A stretch of DNA of 64,000 nucleotides from Octopus bimaculoides. Its lineage: Eukaryota. A model generated the notes under the pieces. It saw only the letters and a list, made by a program, of their open reading frames with translations. It had not been told where the DNA came from and ran no database searches. Each line of letters begins with the position of its first letter. Positions within the stretch are counted from its first letter, which is position 1. The stretch is taken from assembly GCF_001194135.2 (NCBI RefSeq), contig NC_069005.1:27336070-27400069 (forward strand). Direction: 5' to 3'. Below are positions 1-13,490 of this stretch, in pieces. Position numbers and translations under genes: made by a program.

Positions 1-3000
1 GCAAGATCGAACGAACAAACAAACGAACGTACGTACATACATCCGTACGTTGGAACGAGCGAACGAATGTACGTACGTACGAACGAATGAACTAACGTAT
101 GTATGTACGTGCGTATGTACGTAAGTACTATGTACGTAAGTACGAACGAACGAAAGTACGTACGTACGTAAGTAAGTACGAACGAACGAGCGTAATTACG
201 TACGTACGAACGAACGGATGGACGAGCGAACGTACGTACGAACAAACAAAGGAACGAACGAACGAACGTACGTACGAACAAACAAAGGAACGAACGAACG
301 AACGTACGTACGTACATACATTAGTGCGTACGTACGAAGGAACGAACGAACAACCGTACGTACGAAGGAAGAAACGAACGAATGAACGTACGTACGTTCG
401 TAGGAACGAAAGAACGATTGATCGAACGAACGCCCAAACGAACAAACGAAAGATGGAACGAACGAAGGAACGAAAGAACGAACGAAAGTACGTAGGTACG
501 TACGAACAAACGAACGAAAGTACGTACGAACGAACGATCGAAAGAAAGAACGTACGTACGTATGTAATTACGTTCCTTCGTACGTACTTACGTACGTACG
601 TACGTTCTTTCTTTTGTTCGTTCGAACGTAGGAATGACCGAACGAAAGAACGAAGCAACGAACAAAAGGTGGTACGTTTATACGTACGTTCATACGTAAC
701 AAGGAATGAACGTAGGAACGTAAATTCGTACGAACGATCGAACGTACGTACGTACGATCGAACGTACGTACGTACGAACGAACGAACGTACGTACGTACG
801 AACGAACGAACGTACGAACGAACGTACGAACGAACAATCGTACGTATGTACGTACCTACGTAAGTACGCACGAATGAACAAACGAACGTACATACGTACG
901 TACCTACGAACGAACGAACGAAAGAATGAACCAACGAATGAACAAACAAACGTACGTACGTACGATCGAGCGAGCGAACGAACGTGCGTACATACGTCCG
1001 TACGTACAAGCGAACGAACGAACGCACTTGCGAACGAAAGGAAGATCGAATGAACAAACGAACGCACGTACATACATCCGTACGTAGGAACGATCGAACG
1101 AGCGAACAAATGTACGTACGTACGAACGAATGAACAAACGTATGTACGTATTTACGTACGAGCGAAAGGAAGGAAGGAACGAACAAACGTACATAGTACG
1201 AATAAACGAATGTACGAACGTTCGAACGAATGAACGTATGGACTTACGTACGTACGTGTGTACGTAAGTACGAACGAACGAAAATACGTACGTAATTACG
1301 AACGAACGAACGAACGTAATTACGTACGTACAAACGAACGAACGGATGAACGAGCGAACGTGCGTACGTACAATCGTTCGAACGAACGAACGAAAGAACG
1401 TACTAACGGATGAAAGAACGAACGAAGGAACGAACGAAGGAACGACCGAATGAACGAACGTACGTACGTACGAACGAAGGAAAGTACGTACGTACGTACG
1501 TAAGTACGAACGAAGGAACGAAGGATCGAACGAACGAACGTAATTACATACGTACGAACGAACGAACGACGAATGGACGAGCAAACGTATGTACGAACGA
1601 ACGTGCGTACGTACATACATAAGTACGTACGTACGAACGAACGAACGAACGTACATTGGTACGTACGAACGAAGCAACGAACAAAAGTTCGTACATACGT
1701 ACGTAGTAACGAACGTACATACGTCTGAATCAACGAACGAACGAATGAAAGAACGTACGTACGTACGAACGAACGAATGAAAGAACGTACGTACGTACGA
1801 ACGAACGAACGAACGAAAGAATTAACGAACAAAGGAATGAACGAAAGAAGGAACGAACGATAGAACAAACGATTTAACGAACAATCGTAGGTACATACGT
1901 ACGAAAGAACGTATGTACGTAAAAATGATCGAACGAAAGATTGGACGAACGAAAGTACGTATGTACGTACGAACGAACGAACGAAAGAACTTACGTTCGA
2001 ACGAACACACGAACGAAAGAATGACTGAACGAAAGAATTAACGAACAAACGTACGTACGAACGACCGAACGATCGAAGGAATGAACGAATGAACGAAAGT
2101 ACGTTCGTATGTACGTACGGACGAAGAAAAGAACGAACGAACGTACGTACGAACGAACTAACGAAACAACGACAGAACTAACGAAGGTTCGTAGATACGT
2201 TCGAACGAACGAACCTAAGTACGTATGACGTGCGTATGTACGTACGAACGACTGAACGAACAAAATTCAGGAACGAACGAACGAACGTACGTACATACAT
2301 TAGTGCGTACGTACGAAGGAACGAACGAACAACCGTACGTACGAAGGAGGAAACGAACGAATGAACGCACGTACGTTCGTAGGAACGAACGAACGATTGA
2401 TCGAACGAACGCCCAAACGAACAAACGAAAGATGGAACGAACGAAGGAACGAAAGAACGAACGAAAGTACGTACGAACAAACGAACGAAAGTACGTACGA
2501 ACGAACGATCGAAAGAAAGAACGTACGTACGTATGTAATTACGTTCCTTCGTTCGTACTTACGTACGTACGTACGTTCTTTCTTTTGTTCGTTCGAACGT
2601 AGGAAAGTACNNNNNNNNNNNNNNNNNNNNNNNNNNNNNNNNNNNNNNNNNNNNNNNNNNNNNNNNNNNNNNNNNNNNNNNNNNNNNNNNNNNNNNNNNN
2701 NNNNNNNNNNNNNNNNNNNNNNNNNNNNNNNNNNNNNNNNNNNNNNNNNNNNNNNNNNNNNNNNNNNNNNNNNNNNNNNNNNNNNNNNNNNNNNNNNNNN
2801 NNNNNNNNNNNNNNNNNNNNNNNNNNNNNNNNNNNNNNNNNNNNNNNNNNNNNNNNNNNNNNNNNNNNNNNNNNNNNNNNNNNNNNNNNNNNNNNNNNNN
2901 NNNNNNNNNNNNNNNNNNCCTACGAACGAACGAACGAACGAAAGAATGAACCAACGAATGAACAAACAAACGTACGTACGATCGAGCGAACGAACGTGCG

Positions 3001-6000
3001 TACAAACGTCCGTACGTACAAGCGAACGAACGAACGTACGTCCGAACGTAGGTACGTACGAACGAACATAAGAACAAAGGAACGAACGAAAAAAGAACGA
3101 ACGAACGTACGTAAGTAGTACGTACATTAGAATGAACAAACGAACGAACGTACGCACTTGCGAACGAAAGGAAGATCAAACGAACAAACGAACGCACGTA
3201 CGAACGAACAAACGAACGTACGTACATACATCCGTACGTAGGAACGAGCGAACGAATGTACGTACGTACGAACGAATGAACAAACGTATGTACGTACGAT
3301 CGAAAGGAAGGAAGGAACGAACAAACGTACATAGTACGAATAAACGAATGTACGAACGTTCGAACGAATGGACTTACGTACGTACGGGTGTACGTAAGTA
3401 CGAACGAACGAAAATACGTACGTAATTACGTACGTACAAACGAACGAACAGATGAACGAGCGAACGTGCGTACGTACAATCGTTCGAACGAACGAACGAA
3501 AGAACGTACTAACGGATGAACGAACGAACGAACGAAGGAACGAAGGATCGAACGAACGAACGTAATTACGTACGTACGAACGAACGAACGAACGACGAAT
3601 GGACGAGCAAACGTATGTANNNNNNNNNNNNNNNNNNNNNNNNNNNNNNNNNNNNNNNNNNNNNNNNNNNNNNNNNNNNNNNNNNNNNNNNNNNNNNNNN
3701 NNNNNNNNNNNNNNNNNNNNNNNNNNNNNNNNNNNNNNNNNNNNNNNNNNNNNNNNNNNNNNNNNNNNNNNNNNNNNNNNNNNNNNNNNNNNNNNNNNNN
3801 NNNNNNNNNNNNNNNNNNNNNNNNNNNNNNNNNNNNNNNNNNNNNNNNNNNNNNNNNNNNNNNNNNNNNNNNNNNNNNNNNNNNNNNNNNNNNNNNNNNN
3901 NNNNNNNNNNNNNNNNNNNNNNNNNNNNNNNNNNNNNNNNNNNNNNNNNNNNNNNNNNNNNNNNNNNNNNNNNNNNNNNNNNNNNNNNNNNNNNNNNNNN
4001 NNNNNNNNNNNNNNNNNNNNNNNNNNNNNNNNNNNNNNNNNNNNNNNNNNNNNNNNNNNNNNNNNNNNNNNNNNNNNNNNNNNNNNNNNNNNNNNNNNNN
4101 NNNNNNNNNNNNNNNNNNNNNNNNNNNNNNNNNNNNNNNNNNNNNNNNNNNNNNNNNNNNNNNNNNNNNNNNNNNNNNNNNNNNNNNNNNNNNNNNNNNN
4201 NNNNNNNNNNNNNNNNNNNNNNNNNNNNNNNNNNNNNNNNNNNNNNNNNNNNNNNNNNNNNNNNNNNNNNNNNNNNNNNNNNNNNNNNNNNNNNNNNNNN
4301 NNNNNNNNNNNNNNNNNNNNNNNNNNNNNNNNNNNNNNNNNNNNNNNNNNNNNNNNNNNNNNNNNNATGACGTGCGTATGTACGTACGAACGACTGAACG
4401 AACAAAATTCAGGAACGAACGAACGTACATAGTACGAATAAACGAACGTACGTATTACGAACGTACGTATTACGAACGTACGTACGTACAATCGATCGAA
4501 AGAACGAACTAACGAATGAACGTTCGTACTTACGAACGAACGAACGTACGTATGTACGTAAGTACGAACGAACGAAAGTACGTACGTACGTAAGTACGAA
4601 AGAAAGAACGTAATTACGTACGTACGAACGAACGGATGGACGAGCGAACGTACGTACGTACGAACAAACAAAGGAACGAACGAACGAACGTACGTACGTA
4701 CATACATTAGTGCGTATGTACGAAGGAACGAACGAACGTACATACGTACGTACGTAGGTAGGAACAAACGAACTAATGAACGAACGAACGAACGAACTAA
4801 CGAACGAAAGTTTGTACACACGTACGTAGGAATGAACGAAAGAAGGAACGAACGATAGAACAAATGATTTAACGAACAATCGTAGGTACATACGATCGAA
4901 CGAACGAACAACCGTACGTACGACGGAAGAAACGAACGAATGAACGTACGCACGTACGTAGGAACGAACGAACGATTGATCGAACGAACGAAAGAAAGAA
5001 CGAAGTAACGAACAGAAGGTGGTACGTTTATACGTACGTTCATACGTACGTTCATACGTAAGAATGAACGAACGTACGTACGAACGAACGAACGTACGTA
5101 CGAAAGAACGATCGTACGTATGTATGTACCTAAGTAAGTACGCACGAATGAACAAACGAACGTACATACGTACGTACCTACGAACGAACGAACGAATGAA
5201 CCAACGAATGAACAAACAAACGTACGTCCGTACGTACAAGCGAACGAACGAACGTACGTCCGAACGTAGGTACGTACAAACGAACAAAAGAACGAACGAA
5301 CGTACGTACGTACGTACGTACATTAGAATGAACAAACGAACGAACGTACGCACTTGCGAACGAACAAACGGACGAACGAACAAACGAACGTACGTACATA
5401 CAGCCGTACGTAGGAACGAGCGAACGAGCGAACGAATGTACGTACGTACGAACGAATGAACAAACGTATGTACGTATGTACGTACTTACGTACGATCAAT
5501 ATGAAGGAAAGAACGAACAAACGTACATAGTACGAATAAACGAACGTACGTATGTACGAACGTTCGAACGAATGAACGTATGGACTTACGATCGTACGTA
5601 TGTACGTAAGTACGAACGAACGAAAGCACGTACGTAATTACGAACGAACCTAATTACGTACGTATGGACGAGCGAACGTGCGTACTAACGGATGAACGTA
5701 CGTACTTACGAACGAACGAATGAACGAACGAACGTACTTACGTAATGTATGTACGCAAGTACGAACGAACGAAAGTACGTACGTACGTACGTAAGTACAA
5801 ACGAACGAACGTAATTACGTACGTACGAACGAACGAATTGACGAGCAAACGTACGTACGAAGGAACGAACGAACGTACGTAGGTACGTACGAACGAAAGT
5901 TCGTACATACGTACGTAGTAACGAACGAACGTACGTACATCTGAATCAACGAACGAACGAATGAAAGAACGTACGTACGAACGAACGAAAGAATTAACGA

Positions 6001-9000
6001 ACGAAGGAATGAACGAACGAAGGAACGAACGATAGAACAAACGATTTAACGAACAATCGTAGGTACATACGTACGAAAGAACATATGTACGTAAAAACGA
6101 TCGAACGAAAGATTGAACGAATGAAAGTACTATGTACGTACGAACGAACGTATGTGCGTACGAAAGAAATAAAGAAAGAACGAACGTACATACGTACGAA
6201 CGAACAGACGAACGAAAGAATGATCGAACGAAAGAATTAACGAACAAACGTACGTACGTACGTACGTATGAACGAACGAACGACCGAACGATTGAAGGAA
6301 TGAACGAATGTACGTTCGTATGTACGTACGGACGAAGAAAAAACGATCGAACGAACGAACGTACGTACGAACGAACGAACGAAGTAACGAAAGAACGACA
6401 GAACTAACGAAGGTACGTACATACGTTCGAACGAACGACCGAACGAACGAACCTAAGTACCTATGACGTGCGTATGTACATACGACGTCCGTACGCACCT
6501 GCGTACGTACGTGTGTACCGTACGTACATGCGTACGTACGAACAAACGAACGAAAGAAAGAACGAAGCAACGAACAAAAGGTGGTACGTTTGGAGGAACG
6601 AACGTAGGAACGTAAGTACGTACGAATGATCGAACGTACGTACGTACGCTCGTTCGTTCGAACGTATTTACGCTCTTTCATTCGTTCGTTCGTTGATTCC
6701 TACGTACGTACGTTCGTTCGTACATTCATTCGTTCGTTACTACGTACGTATGTACGAACTTTCGTTCGTTAGTTCGTTCGTTCATTCTTTCATTCGTTCG
6801 TTCGTTCATTCGTTCGTTCGTTCATTTGTTCCTACCTACTTACGTACGTATGTACGTTCGTTCGTACGTACTAATGTATGTACGTACGTACGTTCGTTCC
6901 TTTGTTTGTTCGTACGTACGTACGCTCGTCCATCCGTTCGTTCGTACGTACGTAATTACGTTCGTTCGTTCGTACTTATGTACGTACGTACTTTCGTTCG
7001 TTCGTTCGTACTTACGTACGTACGTACGTTCGTTCTTTCGTAAGTACGAACGTTCATTCGTTAGTTCGTTCTTTCGATCGTTCCTACGTACGGATGTATG
7101 TACGTACGTTCGTTTGTTCGTTCGTTCGTTCGATCTTTCTTTCGTTCGCAAGTGCGTACGTTCGTTCGTTTGTTCATTCGTGCGTACTTACTTAGGTACG
7201 TACATATATACGATCGTTTGTACGTACGTACTTATCTACGTACGTACGTTCGTTCGTTCGTACGTACGTTCGATCGTTCGTACATATTTACGTTCCTACG
7301 TTCGTTCCTTCTTACGTATGAACGAACGTATAAACGTACCACCTTTTGTTCGTTGCTTCGTTCTTTCGTTCGTTCGTTTGTGCGTTCGTTCGATCAATCG
7401 TTCGTTCGTTCCTACGTATGTGCGTACGTTCATTCGTTCGTTTCTTCCTTCGTACGTACGGTTGTTCGTTCGTTCGTTCGAACGTATGTACCTACGATTG
7501 TTCGTTAAATCATTTGTTCTATCGGTCGTTCCTTCTTTCGTTCGNNNNNNNNNNNNNNNNNNNNNNNNNNNNNNNNNNNNNNNNNNNNNNNNNNNNNNNN
7601 NNNNNNNNNNNNNNNNNNNNNNNNNNNNNNNNNNNNNNNNNNNNNNNNNNNNNNNNNNNNNNNNNNNNNNNNNNNNNNNNNNNNNNNNNNNNNNNNNNNN
7701 NNNNNNNNNNNNNNNNNNNNNNNNNNNNNNNNNNNNNNNNNNNNNNNNNNNNNNNNNNNNNNNNNNNNNNNNNNNNNNNNNNNNNNNNNNNNNNNNNNNN
7801 NNNNNNNNNNNNNNNNNNNNNNNNNNNNNNNNNNNNNNNNNNNNNNNNNNNNNNNNNNNNNNNNNNNNNNNNNNNNNNNNNNNNNNNNNNNNNNNNNNNN
7901 NNNNNNNNNNNNNNNNNNNNNNNNNNNNNNNNNNNNNNNNNNNNNNNNNNNNNNNNNNNNNNNNNNNNNNNNNNNNNNNNNNNNNNNNNNNNNNNNNNNN
8001 NNNNNNNNNNNNNNNNNNNNNNNNNNNNNNNNNNNNNNNNNNNNNNNNNNNNNNNNNNNNNNNNNNNNNNNNNNNNNNNNNNNNNNNNNNNNNNNNNNNN
8101 NNNNNNNNNNNNNNNNNNNNNNNNNNNNNNNNNNNNNNNNNNNNNNNNNNNNNNNNNNNNNNNNNNNNNNNNNNNNNNNNNNNNNNNNNNNNNNNNNNNN
8201 NNNNNNNNNNNNNNNNNNNNNNNNNNNNNNNNNNNNNNNNNNNNNNNNNNNNNNNNNNNNNNNNNNNNNNNNNNNNNNNNNNNNNNNNNNNNNNNNNNNN
8301 NNNNNNNNNNNNNNNNNNNNNNNNNNNNNNNNNNNNNNNNNNNNNNNNNNNNNNNNNNNNNNNNNNNNNNNNNNNNNNNNNNNNNNNNNNNNNNNNNNNN
8401 NNNNNNNNNNNNNNNNNNNNNNNNNNNNNNNNNNNNNNNGTACGTACATATATACGATCGTTTGTACGTACGTACTTATCTACGTACGTACGTTCGTTCG
8501 TTCGTACGTACGTTCGATCGTTCGTACATATTTACGTTCCTACGTTCGTTCCTTCTTACGTATGAACGAACGTATAAACGTACCACCTTTTGTTCGTTGC
8601 TTCGTTCTTTCGTTCGTTCGTTTGTGCGTTCGTTCGATCAATCGTTCGTTCGTTCCTACGTATGTGCGTACGTTCATTCGTTCGTTTCTTCCTTCGTACG
8701 TACGGTTGTTCGTTCGTTCGTTCGAACGTATGTACCTACGATTGTTCGTTAAATCATTTGTTCTATCGGTCGTTCCTTCTTTCGTTCGTTCGTTCGTTTG
8801 TCCGTACATACGTACGTTCTTTCATTCGTTCGTTCGTTGATTCAGACGTACGTACCTTCGTTCGTTCGTACGTACTTTCGTTCGTTCTTTCGTTCCTTCG
8901 TTCGTTCCATCGTTTGTTCCTTCTTTCGTTTGTTCGTTCGTCCGATCAATCGTTCGTTGGTTCCTACGAACGTACGTACGTTCATTCGTTCGTTTCTGCC

Positions 9001-12000
9001 TTCGTACGTACGGTTGTTCGTTCGTACGTATGTACCTACAATTATTCGTTAAATCGTTTGTTCTAACGTTCGTTCCTTCGTACGTTCTTTCATTCGTTCG
9101 TTCGTTCGTTGATTCCTACGTACGTACGTTCGTTCGTACATTCATTCGTTCGTTACTACGTACGTATGTACGAACTTTCGTTCGTTAGTTCGTTCCTACC
9201 TACGTACGTACGTTCGTTCCTTCGTACGTACGCACTAATGTATGTACGTACGTATGTTCGTTCGTTCCTTCCTTTGTTTGTTTGTACGTACGTACGTTCG
9301 CTCGTCCATCCGTTCGTTCGTACGTACGTAATTACGTTCGTTCGTTCGTACTTACGTACGTACGTACGTACTTTCGTTCGTTCGTACTCACGTACGTACG
9401 TACGTTCGTTCTTTCTTAAGTACGAACGTTCATTCATTAGTTCGTTCTCTCGATCGATTGTACGTACGTACGTTTGTTTGTTCATTCGTGCGTACTTAGG
9501 TACGTACTTACGTACGGTCGTTCGTTCGTTCGTACGTACTTATCTACGTACGTACGTTCGTTCGTTAGATCGTTCGTTCGTTCGTACGTACGTACGGTCG
9601 ATCGTTCGTACGTACGTTCGATCGTTCGTACGTACTTACGTTCCTACGTTCGTTCCTCCTTACGTATGAATGTACGTACAAACGTACCACCTTTTGTTCG
9701 TTGCTTCGTTCTTTCCTTCGTTNNNNNNNNNNTTCCTACGTTCGTTCCTCCTTACGTATGAATGTACGTACAAACGTACCACCTTTTGTTCGTTGCTTCG
9801 TTCTTTCCTTCGTTCGTTTGTTCGTACGTACGCATGTACGTACGGTACACATGTACGTACGCACGTAGTACGTACATACGCACGTCATACGTACTTAGGT
9901 TCGTTCGTTCGAACGTATGTACGTACCTTCGTTAGTTCTGTCGTTAGTTCGTTCGTACGTACGTTCGTTCGATCGTTCTTTTCTTCGTCCGTACGTGCAT
10001 ACGAGCGTACGTTCGTTCATTCCTTCGATCGTTCATTCGTACATACGTACGTTCGTTCGTACNNNNNNNNNNCGTTCTTTTCTTCGTCCGTACGTGCATA
10101 CGAGCGTACGTTCGTTCATTCCTTCGATCGTTCATTCGTACATACGTACGTTCGTTCGTTCGTATTTACGTACGTATGTACGTTCGTTCGAACAAACGAA
10201 CGAAGGTACGTACGAGCGAACGAACGAACGAACGAACGAACGCAAGTACGTACGTAAGTACGAACAAAGGAACGTAATTACGTACGTACGTTCTTTCTTT
10301 CGTTCGTTCGATCGTTCATTCGTTTGTTCGCTCGTACGTACTTTCGTTCGTTCAATCTTTCGTTCGTTCGATCAATCGTTCGTTCGTTCCTACGTACGTG
10401 CGTACGTTCATTCGTTCGTTTCTTCCTTCGTACGTACGGTTGTTCGTTCGAACGTATGTACCTACGATTGTTCGTTAAATCATTTGTTCTATCGTTCGTT
10501 CCTTCTTTCGTTCATTCCTACGTTCGTTAATTCTTTCGTTCGTTCGTTGATTCACACGTACGGACGTACGGTTGTTCGTTCGTTACTACGTACGTATGTA
10601 CAAATTTTCGTTCGTTCCTACGTTCGTGCATACCTACGTACGTATGTACGTTCGTTCGTACGTACGTACTTATGTATGTACGTACGTACGTTTGCTCGTC
10701 CATCCGTTCGTTCGTTCGTTCGTACGTAATTACGTTCGTTCGTTCGATCGTTTGTTCGTACTTAAGTACGTACGTACTATCGTTCTTTCGTACTTACGTA
10801 CGTACGTACTTTCGTTCGTAAGTACGTATGTTCATTCGTTAGTTCGTTCTTTCTTTCGTTCGTTCGATTGATTGTACGTACGTACGTTCGTTTATTCGTA
10901 CTATGTACGTTTGTTCGTTCGTTCATTAATTTAGTTTGCTCAGTCGTTCGTACGTAAGTACGTACGTACGTTTGTTTATTCGTTCCTACGTACGTACATT
11001 CGTTCGCTCGTTCGTTCCTACGTACGGATGTATGTACGTACGTTCGTTCGTTCGTACGTGCGTTCGTTTGTTCGATCTTTTGTTCGCAAGTGCGTACGTT
11101 TGTTCGTGTGTTCATTCGTTCGTTTGTTCTTTTGTTCGTTCGTACGTACGTTCGTTCGTTCGCTTGTACGTACGGACGTATGTACGCACGTTCGTTCCTT
11201 AGCTCGATCGTACGTTTGTTTGTTCATTCATTTGGTTCATTCTTTCGTTAGTTCGTTCGTAGGTACGTATGTACGATCGTTTGTTCATTCGTGCGTACTT
11301 AGGTACGTACAAACGTACGATCGTTCGTACGTACTTTTCTACGTACGTATGTTCGTTCGTTCTTTCGGTACTTGGTTCGTTCGTACGTACGTTCGTTCAT
11401 TCGTACTTACGTACGTTCGATCGTTCGTACATACTTACGTTCCTACGTTCGTTCCTTCTTACGTATGAACGTACGTATAAACGTACCACCTTTTGTTCGT
11501 TGCTTCGTTCTTTCGTTCGTTCGTACGCACGCATGTACGTACGTACGAATAGACGTCGTACGTACGTACGCACGTCGTACGTACATACGGACGTCATAGG
11601 TTCGTACGTTCGATCGGTTATTCGTACTTACGTACGTTTGTACGTACCTTTGTTAGTTCTGTCGTCCTTTCGTTTGTTCGTTCTATCGTTTTTTTTCTTC
11701 GTCTGTACGTAGATACGTACGTACGTTCGTTCATTCGATCGTTCGTTCATTCGATCGTTCGTTTATTCGTACATACATACGAACGTACGTACATTCGTTC
11801 GTTCGTACGAACGTTTGTTCGTTAATTCTTTCGTTCGATCGTTCATCTGTTCGTTCGAACATAAGTTCTTCCGTTCGTACGTATTTACGTACGTTCGTTC
11901 TTTTGTTATTTCGATCTTTCGTTCGTTTGTTCTTTCTTTCGTTCGTACGCACGCGCGTTCGTTCGTTCGTACGTACTTTCGTTCATTCAATCTTTCGCTC

Positions 12001-12231
12001 GTTCGTACTTATGTACCTATATTTGTTCGTTAAATCGTTTGTTCTATCGTTCGATCCTTTTTTCGTTCTTTGATTCTTTCGTTCATTAATTCGTTCGTAC
12101 GTACGTTCTTTCATTCTTTCGTTCGTTCATTCGTGCGTACGTACATAAGTACGTACGTACGTAATTACGTTCGTCCGTTCATTCGTTCGTTTCTTCCTTC
12201 GTACGTACGGTAGTTCGTTCGTTCGTTCTTA
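1..12231. repeat. Complex CpG-rich tetranucleotide satellite (AACG/TACG/AATG variants) with higher-order structure and inverted halves
   Basis: Almost entirely 4-mers (aacg, tacg, aatg, aagg). AACG polarity 1-~6645, CGTT polarity ~6650-12231. Diagnostic motifs recur, e.g. aacaaaaggtggtacgttt, with reverse complements in the right half. Confidence 0.95.
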
Positions 12232-13382
12232 NNNNNNNNNNNNNNNNNNNNNNNNNNNNNNNNNNNNNNNNNNNNNNNNNNNNNNNNNNNNNNNNNNNNN
12301 NNNNNNNNNNNNNNNNNNNNNNNNNNNNNNNTATATATATAAATATATACATATGTATATATGTTTGTGTGTGTATATATATATATCTGTGTGTTTGTCT
12401 TTGAATGTCCCCCCATCACCGCTTGACAACTGATGCTGGTGTGCTTATGTCCCCCGTAACTTAGCGGTTCAGTGAAAGAGACTGAGAGACTTGATTGTTC
12501 AACTAAAGCCCTTTGAGGCGGAGCTCCAGCACGATGATCGCAGTCAAAAGACTGAAACAAGTAAAACAATAACAGAATAAAAGAAAAAAAAAACTATTAC
12601 AGTTTTAAGTGCATACAATGTAATCTGCTAATGTGGTTGTTTGTTTAGAATCTACACAATGGGAGGAAAGAAAAAAGGAAGAGAGGTAAAGGTCTTGATT
12701 TAAATAGGATAGTTCTTGTGGCCAATCCTATTTGAATAGCAGAGTAACTAGTCTGGCTGGTGTTATTTGCTATAGTAGAATGGTAATTAGAGGGAGAGAA
12801 AGGGGATTAGGACTTAAGTAGTTAACACTTCTGTGTATAATTGATGTGTAAACTTGATAACGAAACACAAACAGCGAGGCTCCAGGTACAGCTTCTTGCT
12901 AATCTAGGCATAAGAAGAGATACTGTATGACCTTGGAAAAGCACCAATTATTACCATTTGCAATTATTATTTGTATTTGTGGTCATGTGTTGCGTATGGA
13001 TGAGGACAGCTGTATGAAAATGTGTCAGACCCTAGCAGGCAAAGGTTGGTGACAGGAAGAACACCCAGCCATAGAAAATCAGCCTCAAATACACTCCAGC
13101 AGAAATAGCAGCCAATTCTCCCTCGAGTCACAGCCTACTATTTCAGACAATGACATGGACCACTGCATGGTGTCATGTATGTCTTAATGATAGACACAGT
13201 AGCCAAATTTCCCTCAGGCAGCAAACTACTCTCTTATGTATGTTTTTATAAATGCATGAACCAAACAAGTCAGACCTTAGTTTTTGGAGACTGTTCTCTA
13301 TTAAAGCATATCCTTCTATCTTTCTGTTTCATATCCCTTTGCTACAAAACCGGGAAACCACTGGATACCTGAGTGATGTATA

Positions 13383-13490
13383 TCATAATAATAATGATAT
13401 GGTGCAGGCAGTTGGGTTTAACTGAGTAGAAGTCTGATAGTGACTATAAGGCCTTGAAGGGATGTGGTAGACATATTTCTGACCATAGAT
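13383..13490 (-). CDS. Candidate terminal exon [35 protein letters not shown]
   Basis: Acceptor tttattccagcag in phase 0, only 57 nt below the previous donor; TGA at 13383-13385. A more distal last exon cannot be excluded. Confidence 0.45.
   Translation of the reverse strand: MYGQKYVYHIPSRPYSHYQTSTQLNPTACTISLLL

Noticed and set aside
99-12033. Dozens of long ORFs (RTYVRS/ERTNE-rich, up to 672 aa)
   Set aside because: They are translations of 4-mer satellite that rarely forms stops; they occur in all six frames, and many are extended by N-gaps.
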